Positions 10,425 to 23,369 are shown, counted from the first letter of the stretch. The stretch is 64,000 nt of DNA from an uncultured Deinococcaceae bacterium (GCA_964252075.1 CAXULY010000008.1:123027-187026), one strand, 5' to 3'. The notes: generated by a model from the letters alone, not told the origin. Numbers and translations: made by a program.

Positions 10425-11413
10425 TTCTGTCCCTTCGCCACTTCGGCCGGGGTGGGCTGGTCGCCCGCCTTGAGTTTCGGTTCCTCGGACACCACGGCGG
10501 CCTGCTCGATCTTGCGGACGGGGTGCCCGCCGAACGCGCGGCGCATCGCGCTGATCAGCTGCCCAGCGTAACTGAGTTCCTGCTGGCTGCGCAGGCGCAT
10601 CGCGACGCTCTCGTAGATCACGGGCGTGGGGATGCCCTGCTCCAGGCCGTCCTGCACCGTCCAGCGGCCCTCGCCGCTGTCCGAGATGTAATCCGAGAGC
10701 TCCGAGAAGTCCTTGTCGCCCGCGAGCGCCTCCGCCGTGAGGTCCAGCAGCCACGAGCGCACCACGCTGCCGTGCCGCCACATCTCCGTGATCTGCGCCA
10801 TGTCCAGGCCGAACTCCGTGCGGGCGTGCATGAGTTCCAGGCCCTCCGCGTACGCCTGCATCATGCCGTACTCAATGCCGTTGTGGATCATCTTCACGTA
10901 GTGGCCGCTGCCGGACGGCCCCACGCGGCCCCACCCGCGGTCCGGCGCGGGCGCGAGCGCCTCGAACACCGGGCGCAGGGTCTCCACGGCGTCCTCGGCG
11001 CCGCCCACCATCATGCAGTACCCCTCGTTCAGGCCCCAGATGCCGCCCGAGGTGCCCACGTCCACGAAGTGCAGGCCGCGCTCCCCGAGCGTCGCGGCGC
11101 GCCGCAGGCTGTCCTTGTAGTAGCTGTTCCCGCCGTCAATGATGATGTCGCCCGGCTGCATGAGGTCCGCGAGGCCCATGATGGTGCTCTCGGTGGGGGC
11201 GCCCGCGGGCACCATGACCCACACGGCGCGCGGGCCGTCCCCGAGTTTCTGCACCAGATCACTGAGGGTGATGGCGCCCTCGGCGCCCTGATCCACCACG
11301 TGCTGCACGTTCTCCGGATGTAGGTCGTACCCGACCACGTCCACCCCGGCGCGCGACAGTCGCGTCACCATGTTGCCGCCCATGCGTCCCAGGCCGATCA
11401 TTCCGAGTCTCAT
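10421..11413 (-). CDS. gnd: Decarboxylating 6-phosphogluconate dehydrogenase (short form)
   Basis: [32 protein letters not shown]. Confidence 0.95.
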   Translation of the reverse strand: MRLGMIGLGRMGGNMVTRLSRAGVDVVGYDLHPENVQHVVDQGAEGAITLSDLVQKLGDGPRAVWVMVPAGAPTESTIMGLADLMQPGDIIIDGGNSYYKDSLRRAATLGERGLHFVDVGTSGGIWGLNEGYCMMVGGAEDAVETLRPVFEALAPAPDRGWGRVGPSGSGHYVKMIHNGIEYGMMQAYAEGLELMHARTEFGLDMAQITEMWRHGSVVRSWLLDLTAEALAGDKDFSELSDYISDSGEGRWTVQDGLEQGIPTPVIYESVAMRLRSQQELSYAGQLISAMRRAFGGHPVRKIEQAAVVSEEPKLKAGDQPTPAEVAKGQK

Positions 11414-11488
11414 GTGGCTCAGCATAAACCGGGATTCCCGTGCGCTCCGTGTCACCGCGGCCAGGACGCCTAAAGCAAAACTTGGGGA

Positions 11489-12169
11489 TCAGCCGTCCAG
11501 CGGCGCCATCGCCACCCGCACCAGGTACGCCTCGCCGTCCGGCCGCTCGCGCGCCCGGTACCGGGCGCCGAGCGTGCCCAGCTCGCGTTGCAGCGCCTTG
11601 GCGTCCTCGCGGCCCAGAGACAAGGTGAAGCCGCCATACCACACGGGCGGCGCCTGCGGGGTCAGCAGCGCGTCGAAGAAAGCGCGCGGCGCCGCCGGGT
11701 CCGGGGTGGGCACCACGTTCGTGAACACGTCCCCTTCCGCCGTGCGGTACACGTGAATGCCCCAGTCGTCCGCGCCGCCGCCCGCCGTCATCCACGCGCG
11801 GCCCACCTGCGCGTCCAGCAGCACGCGCGACCCCTCCGCCACCCGCGCCGTCAGCTGCTCCGGTGAGTCCAGGCCAGTCAGCGCGAAGGGCGTGAAGAAG
11901 CCGTCCGCGACGGCGCGGTAATGCCGCACCGCGCGGCCCGCGCGCGGCGACTCCCGCGTGACTTCCAGAAGCCCCAGCCGCACCAGCCGCCGCACCTGAT
12001 ACAGCATGCGGTGCGCGCTCACCTCAAGTTCGCGCGCCACCCCCGCCACCGTGCCCTCGCGCCCGATGAACGGCTCCAGGTACCGCAGCTTGCGCCGGTC
12101 CGCGATGGTCCTCGCGGCCTCGGGGTCCGTCACGGTCCGCCACCCCCTGTGTAAAGTCTGCTCCTGCAT
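11489..12169 (-). CDS. Winged-HTH (ArsR-like) transcriptional regulator
   Basis: TVAGVARELEVSAHRMLYQVRRLVRLGLLEV...HYRA; divergent from an MFS gene; start uncertain. Confidence 0.75.
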   Translation of the reverse strand: MQEQTLHRGWRTVTDPEAARTIADRRKLRYLEPFIGREGTVAGVARELEVSAHRMLYQVRRLVRLGLLEVTRESPRAGRAVRHYRAVADGFFTPFALTGLDSPEQLTARVAEGSRVLLDAQVGRAWMTAGGGADDWGIHVYRTAEGDVFTNVVPTPDPAAPRAFFDALLTPQAPPVWYGGFTLSLGREDAKALQRELGTLGARYRARERPDGEAYLVRVAMAPLDG

Positions 12170-12200
12170 TTTGAAGTAGGGTAACGCCCACGCTGAACCC

Positions 12201-13397
12201 ATGTTCGCCGTCCTGCGTCACCGCCCCTACGCGCGGCTGTGGCTGAGCACCCTGATCTCCACGCTCGGCGACTGGCTGCTCCTCGTGGCGCTGCCGCTCG
12301 CGGTGCTGGCGCTCAGCGGCTCCGCACTCGCCACGGGCCTCACGCTGCTCAGCGCCACGCTCCCGCAGGTGCTCCTCGCGCCGCTCGCAGGCGGCCTCGC
12401 GGACCGCCTGGATCGCCGCCACCTGATGATCACCTGCGACCTCCTGCGCGCCGCGCTGCTCCTCACCCTGCTGCTGGTGCACGACGCGCGGCACCTGTGG
12501 GTCATCTACGCCGTCACGGCCCTGGTGTCCGTCGCGCGGCAGGTCTTCGACCCCGCCGCACGCGCGCTGCTGCCCGAACTGCTGAACGGCACGCTGCTCG
12601 TGCGGGCGGGCGCGCTCATGTCCTTCGCGGGGGACGCGGTGCGGCTGATCGGCCCAGCGCTCGGCGGCCTGCTGTACGCCCTCAGCGGCCTGCGGCTGGT
12701 GGTGTGGCTGGACGCGCTGAGCTTCGTGGTTTCCGCCCTGCTCATCGCCGGGGTGCGCACCCCACCCTCCCACGCCCGCCCCTACGAGGCGACCGACTGG
12801 CGCGTCGTCTGGCGGCGCGTCCGGCGCGACCCCACCCTGCGCGTCCTGCTGGTGGCGGACGCGCTGTCCAGCATCAAGGAAGGCGCCTACAACGTGCTTG
12901 GGGTGGTCTTCGTGGTGGAGGTGCTGCACGCCGGGGCCACCGGACGCGGCCTCATCGGGAGCGCTCAGGCGCTGGGTGGCCTGCTGGGCGGACTGCTGGT
13001 CGGTCACCACGGCGCGCGCTGGGGGGCGCGCTGGCCGATCGGCCTTGGGCTCATCGGGAACGGCGCGTGCCTGCTCGCGCTGTTCCTGCTGCAGAGCTAC
13101 CCGGCGGCGCTCGCGCTGTCCGCGCTGTGCGGTCTGCCCGTCATGGCCGCAGGCATCATGCTGACCGCCACCGTGCAGCGCAGCGCGCCCACCAGGGTGC
13201 TGGGCCGCATCTTCGGCGTGTTCGGCGCGGTGGGCGGCCTGCTGCTGCTGCTGAGCCAGGGGGCCGCCGCGCTGCTCGGGGACCACGTGAGCGTGGTGCT
13301 GCTGCTGTCCGTCAGCGCGGGCTTCGAGGTCCTCGCGGGTGTGCTGGTCCTGGTGGCGCTCCGCACGCGACGCCGCCACGCACCCACACCCCACTGA
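12201..13397 (+). CDS. MFS transporter (DHA3/MFS_3-like exporter)
   Basis: LWLSTLISTLGD, GGLADRLDRRHLMI..DL; many TM segments. Confidence 0.9.
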   Translation: MFAVLRHRPYARLWLSTLISTLGDWLLLVALPLAVLALSGSALATGLTLLSATLPQVLLAPLAGGLADRLDRRHLMITCDLLRAALLLTLLLVHDARHLWVIYAVTALVSVARQVFDPAARALLPELLNGTLLVRAGALMSFAGDAVRLIGPALGGLLYALSGLRLVVWLDALSFVVSALLIAGVRTPPSHARPYEATDWRVVWRRVRRDPTLRVLLVADALSSIKEGAYNVLGVVFVVEVLHAGATGRGLIGSAQALGGLLGGLLVGHHGARWGARWPIGLGLIGNGACLLALFLLQSYPAALALSALCGLPVMAAGIMLTATVQRSAPTRVLGRIFGVFGAVGGLLLLLSQGAAALLGDHVSVVLLLSVSAGFEVLAGVLVLVALRTRRRHAPTPH

Positions 13398-13582
13398 CGT
13401 CAGGACCAGTTCAAAGGTGTGACCGTCCAGGTTCGCCCACCCCAGGGCGCTCGCCCTGCACCCCTGAGCGCTTCCACCGCGCCCATCAGGCCCCGGCACC
13501 GTGTGCGCCGCCACATCGAACGGCCCTTTAGGTGCAGCTTCGGTCCTCGAAGGGCCGCGCGGACGGCGCCCGCAACGGGGCG

Positions 13583-14101
13583 CTAGCGTTTCTTCTTGCG
13601 CGCCTCCCGCTGCGCGCGCGCCATTTCACGCGAGGTGTTCTCGATCAGCTCCGCGCCCTGCCGGTCCACCTGGCGCTGCAACTCCACCAGCGTCTGCCCC
13701 ATGGCGGCCTGCAGCACCCGCTCGATGGGCTTCTGAATCCAGCGGAAGCGCACGCGCGCCGTCGTCGTGAAGGTCACTTCCGTGCCGCCCGGCACGCTGC
13801 GGAACACCCAGCCCTGCGTGAGCTTCTCCACCGGCCCGAACGGCCGGACGCTCTCCCAGCCGCCGCGGTGCGGCGCCTGGTACTGCCCGTACCGCGCGGT
13901 GAACGACAGGCCCAGCAGCCGCGTGGGCAGCTTGAAGCGCGCCATGGTGCCGTTCCCGAGTTTCTCCTCGCCGACGTAACTGGCGCGCTGGATGTTCGGG
14001 TCCCATTTCGCGCGGCGGTTGGGGTCCAGCACCAGCCGGAACAGCGCGTCGGCCCGCCCGCGAATCTGAATGGTCTGCTTAAGGGTGATGGTTTCGGACA
14101 T
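13583..14101 (-). CDS. SRPBCC family protein
   Basis: START-like pattern LFRLVLDP..RAKWDP...GWVF...GGTEVT. Confidence 0.7.
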   Translation of the reverse strand: MSETITLKQTIQIRGRADALFRLVLDPNRRAKWDPNIQRASYVGEEKLGNGTMARFKLPTRLLGLSFTARYGQYQAPHRGGWESVRPFGPVEKLTQGWVFRSVPGGTEVTFTTTARVRFRWIQKPIERVLQAAMGQTLVELQRQVDRQGAELIENTSREMARAQREARKKKR

Positions 14102-14282
14102 TGGACCTCATCGTATAGCGGCGTGAGCGCCCCGTGCGGGGAGGGGTGTCCCGCGTGATCGCACACGCCCCGGAATGCCGGCGCGCCCATGGCTGGGACG
14201 GGGTGGCGCGTCGCCCCAGGCCAGCGCTACGCAAGAACAGGCAGGGGCAGCGTGCCTGCGCACGCCGCCCCTGCCGCGCCGC

Positions 14283-15029
14283 TCACACCAGGTAATCGCG
14301 CGCGGGCGTGTGCGCCTGACGCACCGTGAAGTGCTCCGCGAACTTCACGCCCGCCATGCGCCCCACGCTCGCGCGGCCCTCCTGGAACTGCTCTTCCGTC
14401 CACTGCCACTTGTAGAAGTCGCGGTAGTACCGCGCGACGTCCGCCGCGACCTCGTGCGTGTCCGTGGTGTCCACGAACACCTCCGCGTAGGGGCTCGCCG
14501 CGGAGAAGTACTGGTAGAACTTGATGGGTTCACGCCACGCGCTGAGGCGCCCGGCGTCCTCGCCGCTGTTGAGCGCCGCGTCCCCGCTCTCCGAGCCGGG
14601 CGGCGGCGGTGACGGCTGCTCGTTCACGATCTTCGGGATGCGCGCCAGCGTGATGGCGTCGAAGGCGATCTTCGCGGTCATGCGGTGGTCGGGGTGCGGG
14701 TGGTCGTCACTCCACGTGATGATCGCGTTCGGCTGGAAGCGCGTGTACAGCCGCGCGAGTTGCAGCGCCTCGGCGCGCCCGCCCGTGAGGCGCGAGTCGC
14801 CCATGTCGAAGAAGTGGTGCTGCGCGCCGATCTTGCCCGCCACCCACGCGCCGTGCTCTCGCCGCACGCGCGTGACTTCCTCGTGCGTGGCGTCCCCGAA
14901 CTGACTGGCGAGTTCACCGAGCGTCGTCCAGACGAGCATCACCTCGTCGCCGCGCCGCGCGTGCTTCGCGAGCGTCCCCATGCAGCCGATCTCGTCGTCC
15001 GGATGCGCAAACACCGCCATGATTCGCAT
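14283..15029 (-). CDS. PIG-L/LmbE family deacetylase
   Basis: AHPDDE, RRE, HPDH motifs. Confidence 0.9.
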   Translation of the reverse strand: MRIMAVFAHPDDEIGCMGTLAKHARRGDEVMLVWTTLGELASQFGDATHEEVTRVRREHGAWVAGKIGAQHHFFDMGDSRLTGGRAEALQLARLYTRFQPNAIITWSDDHPHPDHRMTAKIAFDAITLARIPKIVNEQPSPPPPGSESGDAALNSGEDAGRLSAWREPIKFYQYFSAASPYAEVFVDTTDTHEVAADVARYYRDFYKWQWTEEQFQEGRASVGRMAGVKFAEHFTVRQAHTPARDYLV

Positions 15030-15117
15030 GCGGGGAGTGTAACAGCGTGCGTCCGGGCCGTTGAGGGATGGTTCCTTAATCGCGCGGGTGGCGCGCTTCG
15101 CCTACAATGCCTGAATT

Positions 15118-15645
<528 letters not shown>

Positions 15646-15646
15646 C

Positions 15647-16528
15647 CTACAGCGCGCGGCGCAGGAAGTCCCGCACGACCGTCAGGTACGCTTCCGGCTC
15701 CTCCACGAACGGCATGTGGCCGCTGCGCTCGAAGATGTGCAGCTCACCTTTCGGGGCGCGCTGTGCGGTGAGTTCGGCCGCTTCGGGCGGGCACGTGCGG
15801 TCGTGGCGTCCCGCGAGGGCCAGCAGCGGCTGCGGGACGCCGCCCAGCTGGTCCTCCACCTCGATGCCGCCGTACGCCTCCTGCGCGAAGTGCCGCAGCA
15901 CCTCCGGGGAGAGCCGCCCGCCCGCGCTGCGGCGCTCGTACTCCGGGATGCGCGGGTCCTGCGGGTCCGCGAAGTGCCACGGCCACTGCTCGGCCATCAG
16001 CGCCGCGAAGTCCGCCTCGCTGCTGACCTGCGCCTCCCGCGCCCACGACCTGCGCACCTGCTCGCGCAGCTCAGGCGGCTCGAAGGCCTCCAGGCGCGCG
16101 GGGACGCCCTCCATCCAGCGGCTGGAGGGCACGCCGCAACTCGCGATGGTGGCCGCCGCCGCGCCCGGGAACCGCACCGCCTGCTGCAGCGCCACGAAGG
16201 CGCCGTAGGAGTGCCCGAGGACCGCGTACCGCGGTTCGTTCAGCGCCGCGGCGAGCGCGCCCACGTCGGCGGCCATCTGGTCGAGCGTCCAGGTGTCCTG
16301 AGGGGCGTGCGGGTCGCTGCGGCCCTGCGCGCGCTGGTCCACCAGCAGCAGGCGCACGGTGTCCGTCAGCGGGTCAAGGTAATCGGCGAACTCGTGGTGG
16401 TCGAGGCCCGGCCCGCCGTGCAGCACGAACAGCGGCGGGAGGTGCGCGGGCCCCCGCTCGTCCACGAAGAGGTGCGTGCCGGCGGCCGCGACGGATCGGG
16501 CGTGGGGATGCGTCATGCCGTCCGTCAT
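15647..16528 (-). CDS. Alpha/beta hydrolase (proline iminopeptidase-like)
   Basis: HGGPG, GHSYG, SGH. Confidence 0.88.
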   Translation of the reverse strand: MTDGMTHPHARSVAAAGTHLFVDERGPAHLPPLFVLHGGPGLDHHEFADYLDPLTDTVRLLLVDQRAQGRSDPHAPQDTWTLDQMAADVGALAAALNEPRYAVLGHSYGAFVALQQAVRFPGAAAATIASCGVPSSRWMEGVPARLEAFEPPELREQVRRSWAREAQVSSEADFAALMAEQWPWHFADPQDPRIPEYERRSAGGRLSPEVLRHFAQEAYGGIEVEDQLGGVPQPLLALAGRHDRTCPPEAAELTAQRAPKGELHIFERSGHMPFVEEPEAYLTVVRDFLRRAL

Positions 16529-16562
16529 GACACGCGGCGCGCCCTCACAACTGGGTGTTCCC

Positions 16563-17498
16563 TCACGCCCAGGCGCGCACGACCCGCAGGTGCTCGCCGT
16601 CGCCGTCCACCACCGCCAGCAGGCGGCCCGCGTGGCGCACCGTGAAGCGGCCCTGCGCGCCGCTCGGGGGGCGTTTTCCCTGAAGCAGCGTGCGGGCCAG
16701 CGCGTCGTCCGCCTCCATCACGGGGAAGGGCAGCGTGTCGAGGTCCGGCAGGGGCGCCGCGCCGGGCAGGTCCTCCCACGGCCCGGCGTCCTGCAGCCCG
16801 AAGCGCCCCACGCGCGTGCGGACGAGGCCCGACAGGTGCGCGGGCACGCCGAGCGCCGCGCCGAGGTCGCGCGCCAGCGACCGCAGGTACGTGCCGCTCC
16901 CCACTCGCGCCCACAGCAGCGCGGTGGGGTGCGCGCCGAGCGGCGCGGGCAAGTCGAAGGTCCGTCCATCCTCAGCGGCGTGCCAGCGCCCCTCCGCATC
17001 CGGCGCGAAGGTGCGGGGCGCGTCCTGCACGCGCCCATACACGCCCAGCAGGTCCAGCTCGTGGACCGTCACCGCGCGCTCGGGCATGTCCAGGCTGCCG
17101 CCCCGGCGCGCCACGTCATACGCGCGCACGCCCCCCACCTGCAGGGCACTGAACTGCGGTGGAATCTGCCCGTACGCGCCGCGCAGGCCCGCCAGCGCCG
17201 CGCGCACCCGCTGCGGGTCCAGGTCCGTCACCTCCTGCTCGTCCGTCACGGGCCCCTCGGCGTCCAGGGTGGCGGTCGCCGCGCCGAAACCCACCCACGC
17301 GAGGTAATCCTTGCTGTCGGGCTCCAGGAACTGCACGAGCTTGGTGCTGTCGTCCACGCACAGCACCAGCACGCCCGTCGCGAGCGGGTCGAGGGTGCCG
17401 GTGTGGCCCACGCGGCGCGTGCCCAGCACCCGCCGGGCGCGCGCCACCACGTCGTGCGAGGTGAGCCCAAGGGGCTTGTCGGTGGCGTACACGGGCAT
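16563..17498 (-). CDS. truB: tRNA pseudouridine(55) synthase
   Basis: DKPLGLTSHDVV, GHTGTLDPLATGVL, GTYLRSLARDLG. Confidence 0.96.
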   Translation of the reverse strand: MPVYATDKPLGLTSHDVVARARRVLGTRRVGHTGTLDPLATGVLVLCVDDSTKLVQFLEPDSKDYLAWVGFGAATATLDAEGPVTDEQEVTDLDPQRVRAALAGLRGAYGQIPPQFSALQVGGVRAYDVARRGGSLDMPERAVTVHELDLLGVYGRVQDAPRTFAPDAEGRWHAAEDGRTFDLPAPLGAHPTALLWARVGSGTYLRSLARDLGAALGVPAHLSGLVRTRVGRFGLQDAGPWEDLPGAAPLPDLDTLPFPVMEADDALARTLLQGKRPPSGAQGRFTVRHAGRLLAVVDGDGEHLRVVRAWA

Positions 17499-17580
17499 GG
17501 GGGAGAGCCTAGCAAAGCGCCGCCCGGTCCGCGCGCTTCGGGAGGCGCGACGCGGCGCGCCGCCTCACGCCTTATAGACT

Positions 17581-17958
17581 GTGCCGGTGATTCGCCTCGC
17601 GTTCTGGCTCAGTGGCCTCTTTTACCTGCTCACCGGGCTGGTCTTCTACCTCTTCCCGGTGCTGGGCCTCGGCGGCCTGCTGGTGGTGAGCCCCGTGTGG
17701 GTGGGTCGCCTCGCGGGCGCCGTGCTGATCGCCTGGGCGCTGCAACTCTTCATCGCGTCGGCGCGCCCCAACGGCTTCGCGGTGGCGGGCCTCGTCGCCG
17801 CGAACCTGCTGGTGGCCGCCACGCTCGTGCCCGCCACGCTGCGCGGCCTGAGTGGCCTGCCGGGCGCCCTGCAGGCGGTGCCGCTCACGGTGTGCGCGGT
17901 GCTGGTGCTGCTCGCGGTGCTGGCCCTGGTGCTGCCCCGCACGGAAAGGCGGTACTGA
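17581..17958 (+). CDS. Hypothetical membrane protein (about 4 TM)
   Basis: Hydrophobic ORF abutting the next gene; TAGACT upstream suggests the start may be GTG 17587. Confidence 0.7.
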   Translation: MPVIRLAFWLSGLFYLLTGLVFYLFPVLGLGGLLVVSPVWVGRLAGAVLIAWALQLFIASARPNGFAVAGLVAANLLVAATLVPATLRGLSGLPGALQAVPLTVCAVLVLLAVLALVLPRTERRY

Positions 17959-18720
17959 ATGGCGGAACGACTGCAGAAGGTCCTGGCGCGCGCGGGCGTC
18001 GCCTCGCGCCGCGCGGCGGAAGAGCTCATCCGCGCGGGGCGCGTCACCGTGAACGGGCAGCCCGCGTCGCTCGGCATGAGCGTGCAGGACACCGACGACC
18101 TCCGCCTGGATGGGCAGCCCGTCGCGCAGCGCCCGGAGGCCGTCACGTACGCGCTGTACAAGCCGCGCGGCTTCGTCACGACGGCGCGCGACGACCGCGG
18201 GCGGCCCACCGTGCTGGACGCCATGCCGAAGGTGCCGGGCCTGCACCCGGTCGGGCGCCTGGACTACGACAGCGAGGGCCTGCTGCTGCTCACCACGGAC
18301 GGTGAACTCACCCTGACCCTCACGCACCCCCGCTACGGGCACGAGAAGGTGTACCGCGCCTGGACGCAGGGCGAGCCGCCCGAGGAGGCGCTCACCGCGC
18401 TGCGCCAGGGCATTGAGCTGGAGGACGGCTTCACCGCGCCCGCGCAGGTGGAGTGGGCGCCGGGCGGCGTGTACGTCACCATCCGTGAGGGCAAGAACCG
18501 GCAGGTGCGGCGCATGCTGCACGCCGTCGGGTACCCCGTGACGCGCCTCGTGCGGGTCCGGGTGGGCGGCGCGTGGCTCGGTGACCTGGAGCCCGGGGAG
18601 TTCCGCACGCTGGATGACGCGGAACTCGAGGCGCTGTTGCACCAGGACCGTGTGCCGCGCGCCGGGTGGTTGCGCGCCGAGGAGGACATGCACGAACGCT
18701 GGGACCGCGAGCTGACCTGA
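17959..18720 (+). CDS. RsuA/RluB-family rRNA pseudouridine synthase
   Basis: S4 domain ERLQKVLA..GVASRR, GRLDYDSEGLLL, EGKNRQVRRM. Confidence 0.93.
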   Translation: MAERLQKVLARAGVASRRAAEELIRAGRVTVNGQPASLGMSVQDTDDLRLDGQPVAQRPEAVTYALYKPRGFVTTARDDRGRPTVLDAMPKVPGLHPVGRLDYDSEGLLLLTTDGELTLTLTHPRYGHEKVYRAWTQGEPPEEALTALRQGIELEDGFTAPAQVEWAPGGVYVTIREGKNRQVRRMLHAVGYPVTRLVRVRVGGAWLGDLEPGEFRTLDDAELEALLHQDRVPRAGWLRAEEDMHERWDRELT

Positions 18721-18789
18721 GGCGCGCCCCACCGCCGCCCAGCTCCTGTGTCTTTCGGTGGTGCGTCCGCACGGAACGGATTCGCGGTC

Positions 18790-18795
18790 TATAAT
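18790..18795 (+). promoter_or_regulatory. -10 box (TATAAT) of rnpB
   Basis: Consensus TATAAT immediately before the RNase P RNA 5' end. Confidence 0.75.
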
Positions 18796-18799
18796 CCCC

Positions 18800-19228
<429 letters not shown>

Positions 19229-19230
19229 CC

Positions 19231-19252
19231 AGCGCCCCACCGGGGCGCTTTT
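19231..19252 (+). terminator. Intrinsic terminator after rnpB
   Basis: AGCGCCCC-acc-GGGGCGCT followed by T-tract. Confidence 0.8.
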
Positions 19253-19260
19253 GCGTGTGC

Positions 19261-19298
19261 GGTGGGGGCGCGTGGGGAAATCCCCACGCGCCCCCACC
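19261..19298. terminator. Long GC hairpin at the 3' end of the DUF423 gene
   Basis: GGTGGGGGCGCGTGGGGA-aa-TCCCCACGCGCCCCCACC perfect inverted repeat. Confidence 0.65.
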
Positions 19299-19308
19299 CG
19301 GACTGCGC

Positions 19309-19692
19309 CTACCGTCTGCGGGCGTCCCAGGCGGCGAGGCCCCAGCCGACCAGTTGCAGCACCCCGCCGACGGGCGTGACGGCGCCCCACCACTTGGTGC
19401 CCGTAAGGGACAGCACGTACAGGCTGCCGGAGAAGATGAGCGTACCCGCCAGCAGGAAGGCGGGCGCGCGCCGCTGGCCGGGCAGCAGGGCGAGGCCCAG
19501 CAGGCCGAGCCCGTGGTACATCTGGTAGCGCACGCCCGTCTCGAAGTTCGCGAGCATGTCGGGCGTCAGCGTGCTCTTGAGGGCGTGCGCGCCGAAGGCG
19601 CCGAGCGCCACCCCCGTGCCTGCCAGCAGCGCGCCCGTCTGCGCGACGTTCAGGCCGCGGGTTTTTGCCGTCTCAGCCGTGATCTGGGTCAT
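19309..19692 (-). CDS. DUF423 family membrane protein
   Basis: ALGAFGAHAL, YQMYH, FSGSLY, TPVGG. Confidence 0.9.
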   Translation of the reverse strand: MTQITAETAKTRGLNVAQTGALLAGTGVALGAFGAHALKSTLTPDMLANFETGVRYQMYHGLGLLGLALLPGQRRAPAFLLAGTLIFSGSLYVLSLTGTKWWGAVTPVGGVLQLVGWGLAAWDARRR

Positions 19693-19744
19693 GTCCTGAG
19701 TGTAATGCGTGCGGGTGGGGACAAAGGTGCCGGGAAGGGCCCTG

Positions 19745-19810
19745 GTGGGGAAAGTGGGCGCCCGGTGGGGGAACTGGGGGGAATCGTGGGATTTGGTGGT
19801 AAATGGTGGG
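19745..19810 (+). promoter_or_regulatory. Phased (G)TGG(G) repeat array, putative MraZ operator
   Basis: Repeats at 19745, 19754, 19765, 19774, 19786, 19796, 19806, upstream of TACGCT (19820) and mraZ. Confidence 0.8.
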
Positions 19811-19915
19811 GGCCTGTGTTACGCTTCACGCAACGGATTTATGCCGTTGCACGGCAGCCCCACCACCCATTCGGCCTGAGGGCCGGAGGTGGGGGGCGGT
19901 GGGGAAAGAGGAAGG

Positions 19916-21586
<1,671 letters not shown>

Positions 21587-21596
<10 letters not shown>

Positions 21597-22915
21597 AGAT
21601 CCGCAACCGTTCGCGCCTGATGCAGGTCCTGGCGCTGGGCTTCTTCCTGTTCCTGGTGTACGCCTACGCGCAGCTGGGCTGGCACATGCCGCAGGGGCTG
21701 AAGGCCGCCGCGATCCGCGACCGCGGCTCCATCGTGACGCAGAGCGGCATGGTGCTGGCGAAGACGGTGGACGCGCAGCGCCAGTACCCGCAGGGCACGC
21801 TGGCGGGGCAATTGGTCGGCATGATGGGCACCGACAGCGGCCTGGAGGGCCTGGAGCACGCGTACGACGACCGCCTCGCGCACGGTCAGAACGTGACCCT
21901 CACCATCGACCCGACGGTGCAGGCGGCGGCGGAAGCGGTGCTGGCGCGCGAGGTGAAAGCCAAGCAGGGCGATTACGGAGAGGTGGTGGCGCTCCAGGTG
22001 AAGACCGGGCGCGTGCTGGCCGCCGCGAGCTACCCCCCCTTCGACCCCAGCCAGTGGCGCGCGTCACGCGCCTCGGACCGCCGCAACCGCCCGTTCCTGG
22101 ACGTCTTCGAGCCGGGGTCGGTCATCAAAGGGCTCGTGGTGGCGGCCGCCGTGAATGATGGCGTCACCACGCCGGACACCACGTACGACACCCCCATGGC
22201 GCGGCGCGTGGGGCAGCGCTGGGGCAGCGTCATTCACGACGCGGTGCCGCACGGCCCGCGCCTCACCACGCGCGACATCTTGCGGTACTCCAGCAACGTC
22301 GGCATGAGCCACATCGTGGAGGGCTTCTCGTACGACCGCCTGTACCACTACATGCAGCAGTACGGCTTCGGGCGGGAAGTGGAGGTCCCCTCGATGTCCG
22401 CCGAGGTGGGGCAGCTGCAGCCCATCAAGCGCTGGAACGACCTCGTGCGCGCCACGAATGCCTTCGGTCAGGGCATGTCCGTCACGCTGCTGCAGCTCGC
22501 GGCGGCGTACAACACCCTCGCGAACGACGGCATGTACCTCGCGCCGCAACTCGTGGCGGACGAACCGCAGGGCGAGGGTCGCCGCGTGCTGTCGCCGGAC
22601 GCCGCGCGTTCGGTGCGGTCCATGCTGCGGTCCGCAGTGGACAACCAAATCGCGCACGCGGCGGGCATCAAGGGGTACAGCATGGCGGGCAAGACCGGCA
22701 CCGCTCAGGTGGTGGTGGACGGGCGGTACAGCAACTCCGTGTACGACAGCACCTTCGCGGGGTTCTTCCCAGCCGAGCAACCGCTCGTGACGCTGGTCGT
22801 CATGGTGCACGGCGCAAAAGAGTCGTATCACGGTTCGATGCTGGCGGCGCCGATCTACCGTGATGTCGCGGCGGAAATCCTGTCCGAATGGGGTCTTCCC
22901 CCCCAAGGTGAGTAG
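21587..22915 (+). CDS. ftsI: Class B penicillin-binding transpeptidase (FtsI family)
   Basis: EPGSVIK (SxxK), SSNVG (SxN), GKTGTAQ; dcw position. Confidence 0.9.
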
Positions 22916-22966
22916 TTTGTGAGCGCACTGGCGCTCTAGCTCATGTGAAAACCGTCAAGACCTGTC

Positions 22967-22992
22967 GTGGGCACCTCAGAAGGGGTGCCCAT
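22967..22992 (+). terminator. Hairpin after ftsI
   Basis: GTGGGCACC...GGTGCCCAT stem. Confidence 0.55.
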
Positions 22993-23369
22993 GCACGTTT
23001 ATGGGCTATAAGAGGCGCCCTGGAGCTCCACCATAAAGGAATGTCAGGCTGGTTCTGACAAATCCAATGAGAAACTAAATGAAGTGATGAGAAGACTTCT
23101 CATGGAAATCTACAGCGGCTAACACATTGTATTAGGCCAATTTCGTGACAAAGACAACCATCTCTTCTGGCCTTAAATGAGGTAGAAACGCTAGATTTCT
23201 TAGAAATCACACATCAGGCGTCTTTAGCCTAAGTGCAGTTCCGCTGCGCACCGCAGCTCCTGGACTCAGTCGCCAACACGCGGCACAGCCACCATAACTG
23301 GAAGCTGCAAAGTCCAAAATCCACTGTACCTGAAGGGCCCCGCAACCCGCGGAGGCTCATGGAGTGTTG

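Noticed and set aside
13398..13582. Possible VOC-gene remnant (NLDGHTFELV) on the minus strand
   Set aside because: Too short to support; the region also holds terminator-like hairpins.
23230..23369. c-di-AMP riboswitch before the 3D-domain gene
   Set aside because: The context fits, but I could not find the conserved motifs by eye; an Infernal scan is needed.
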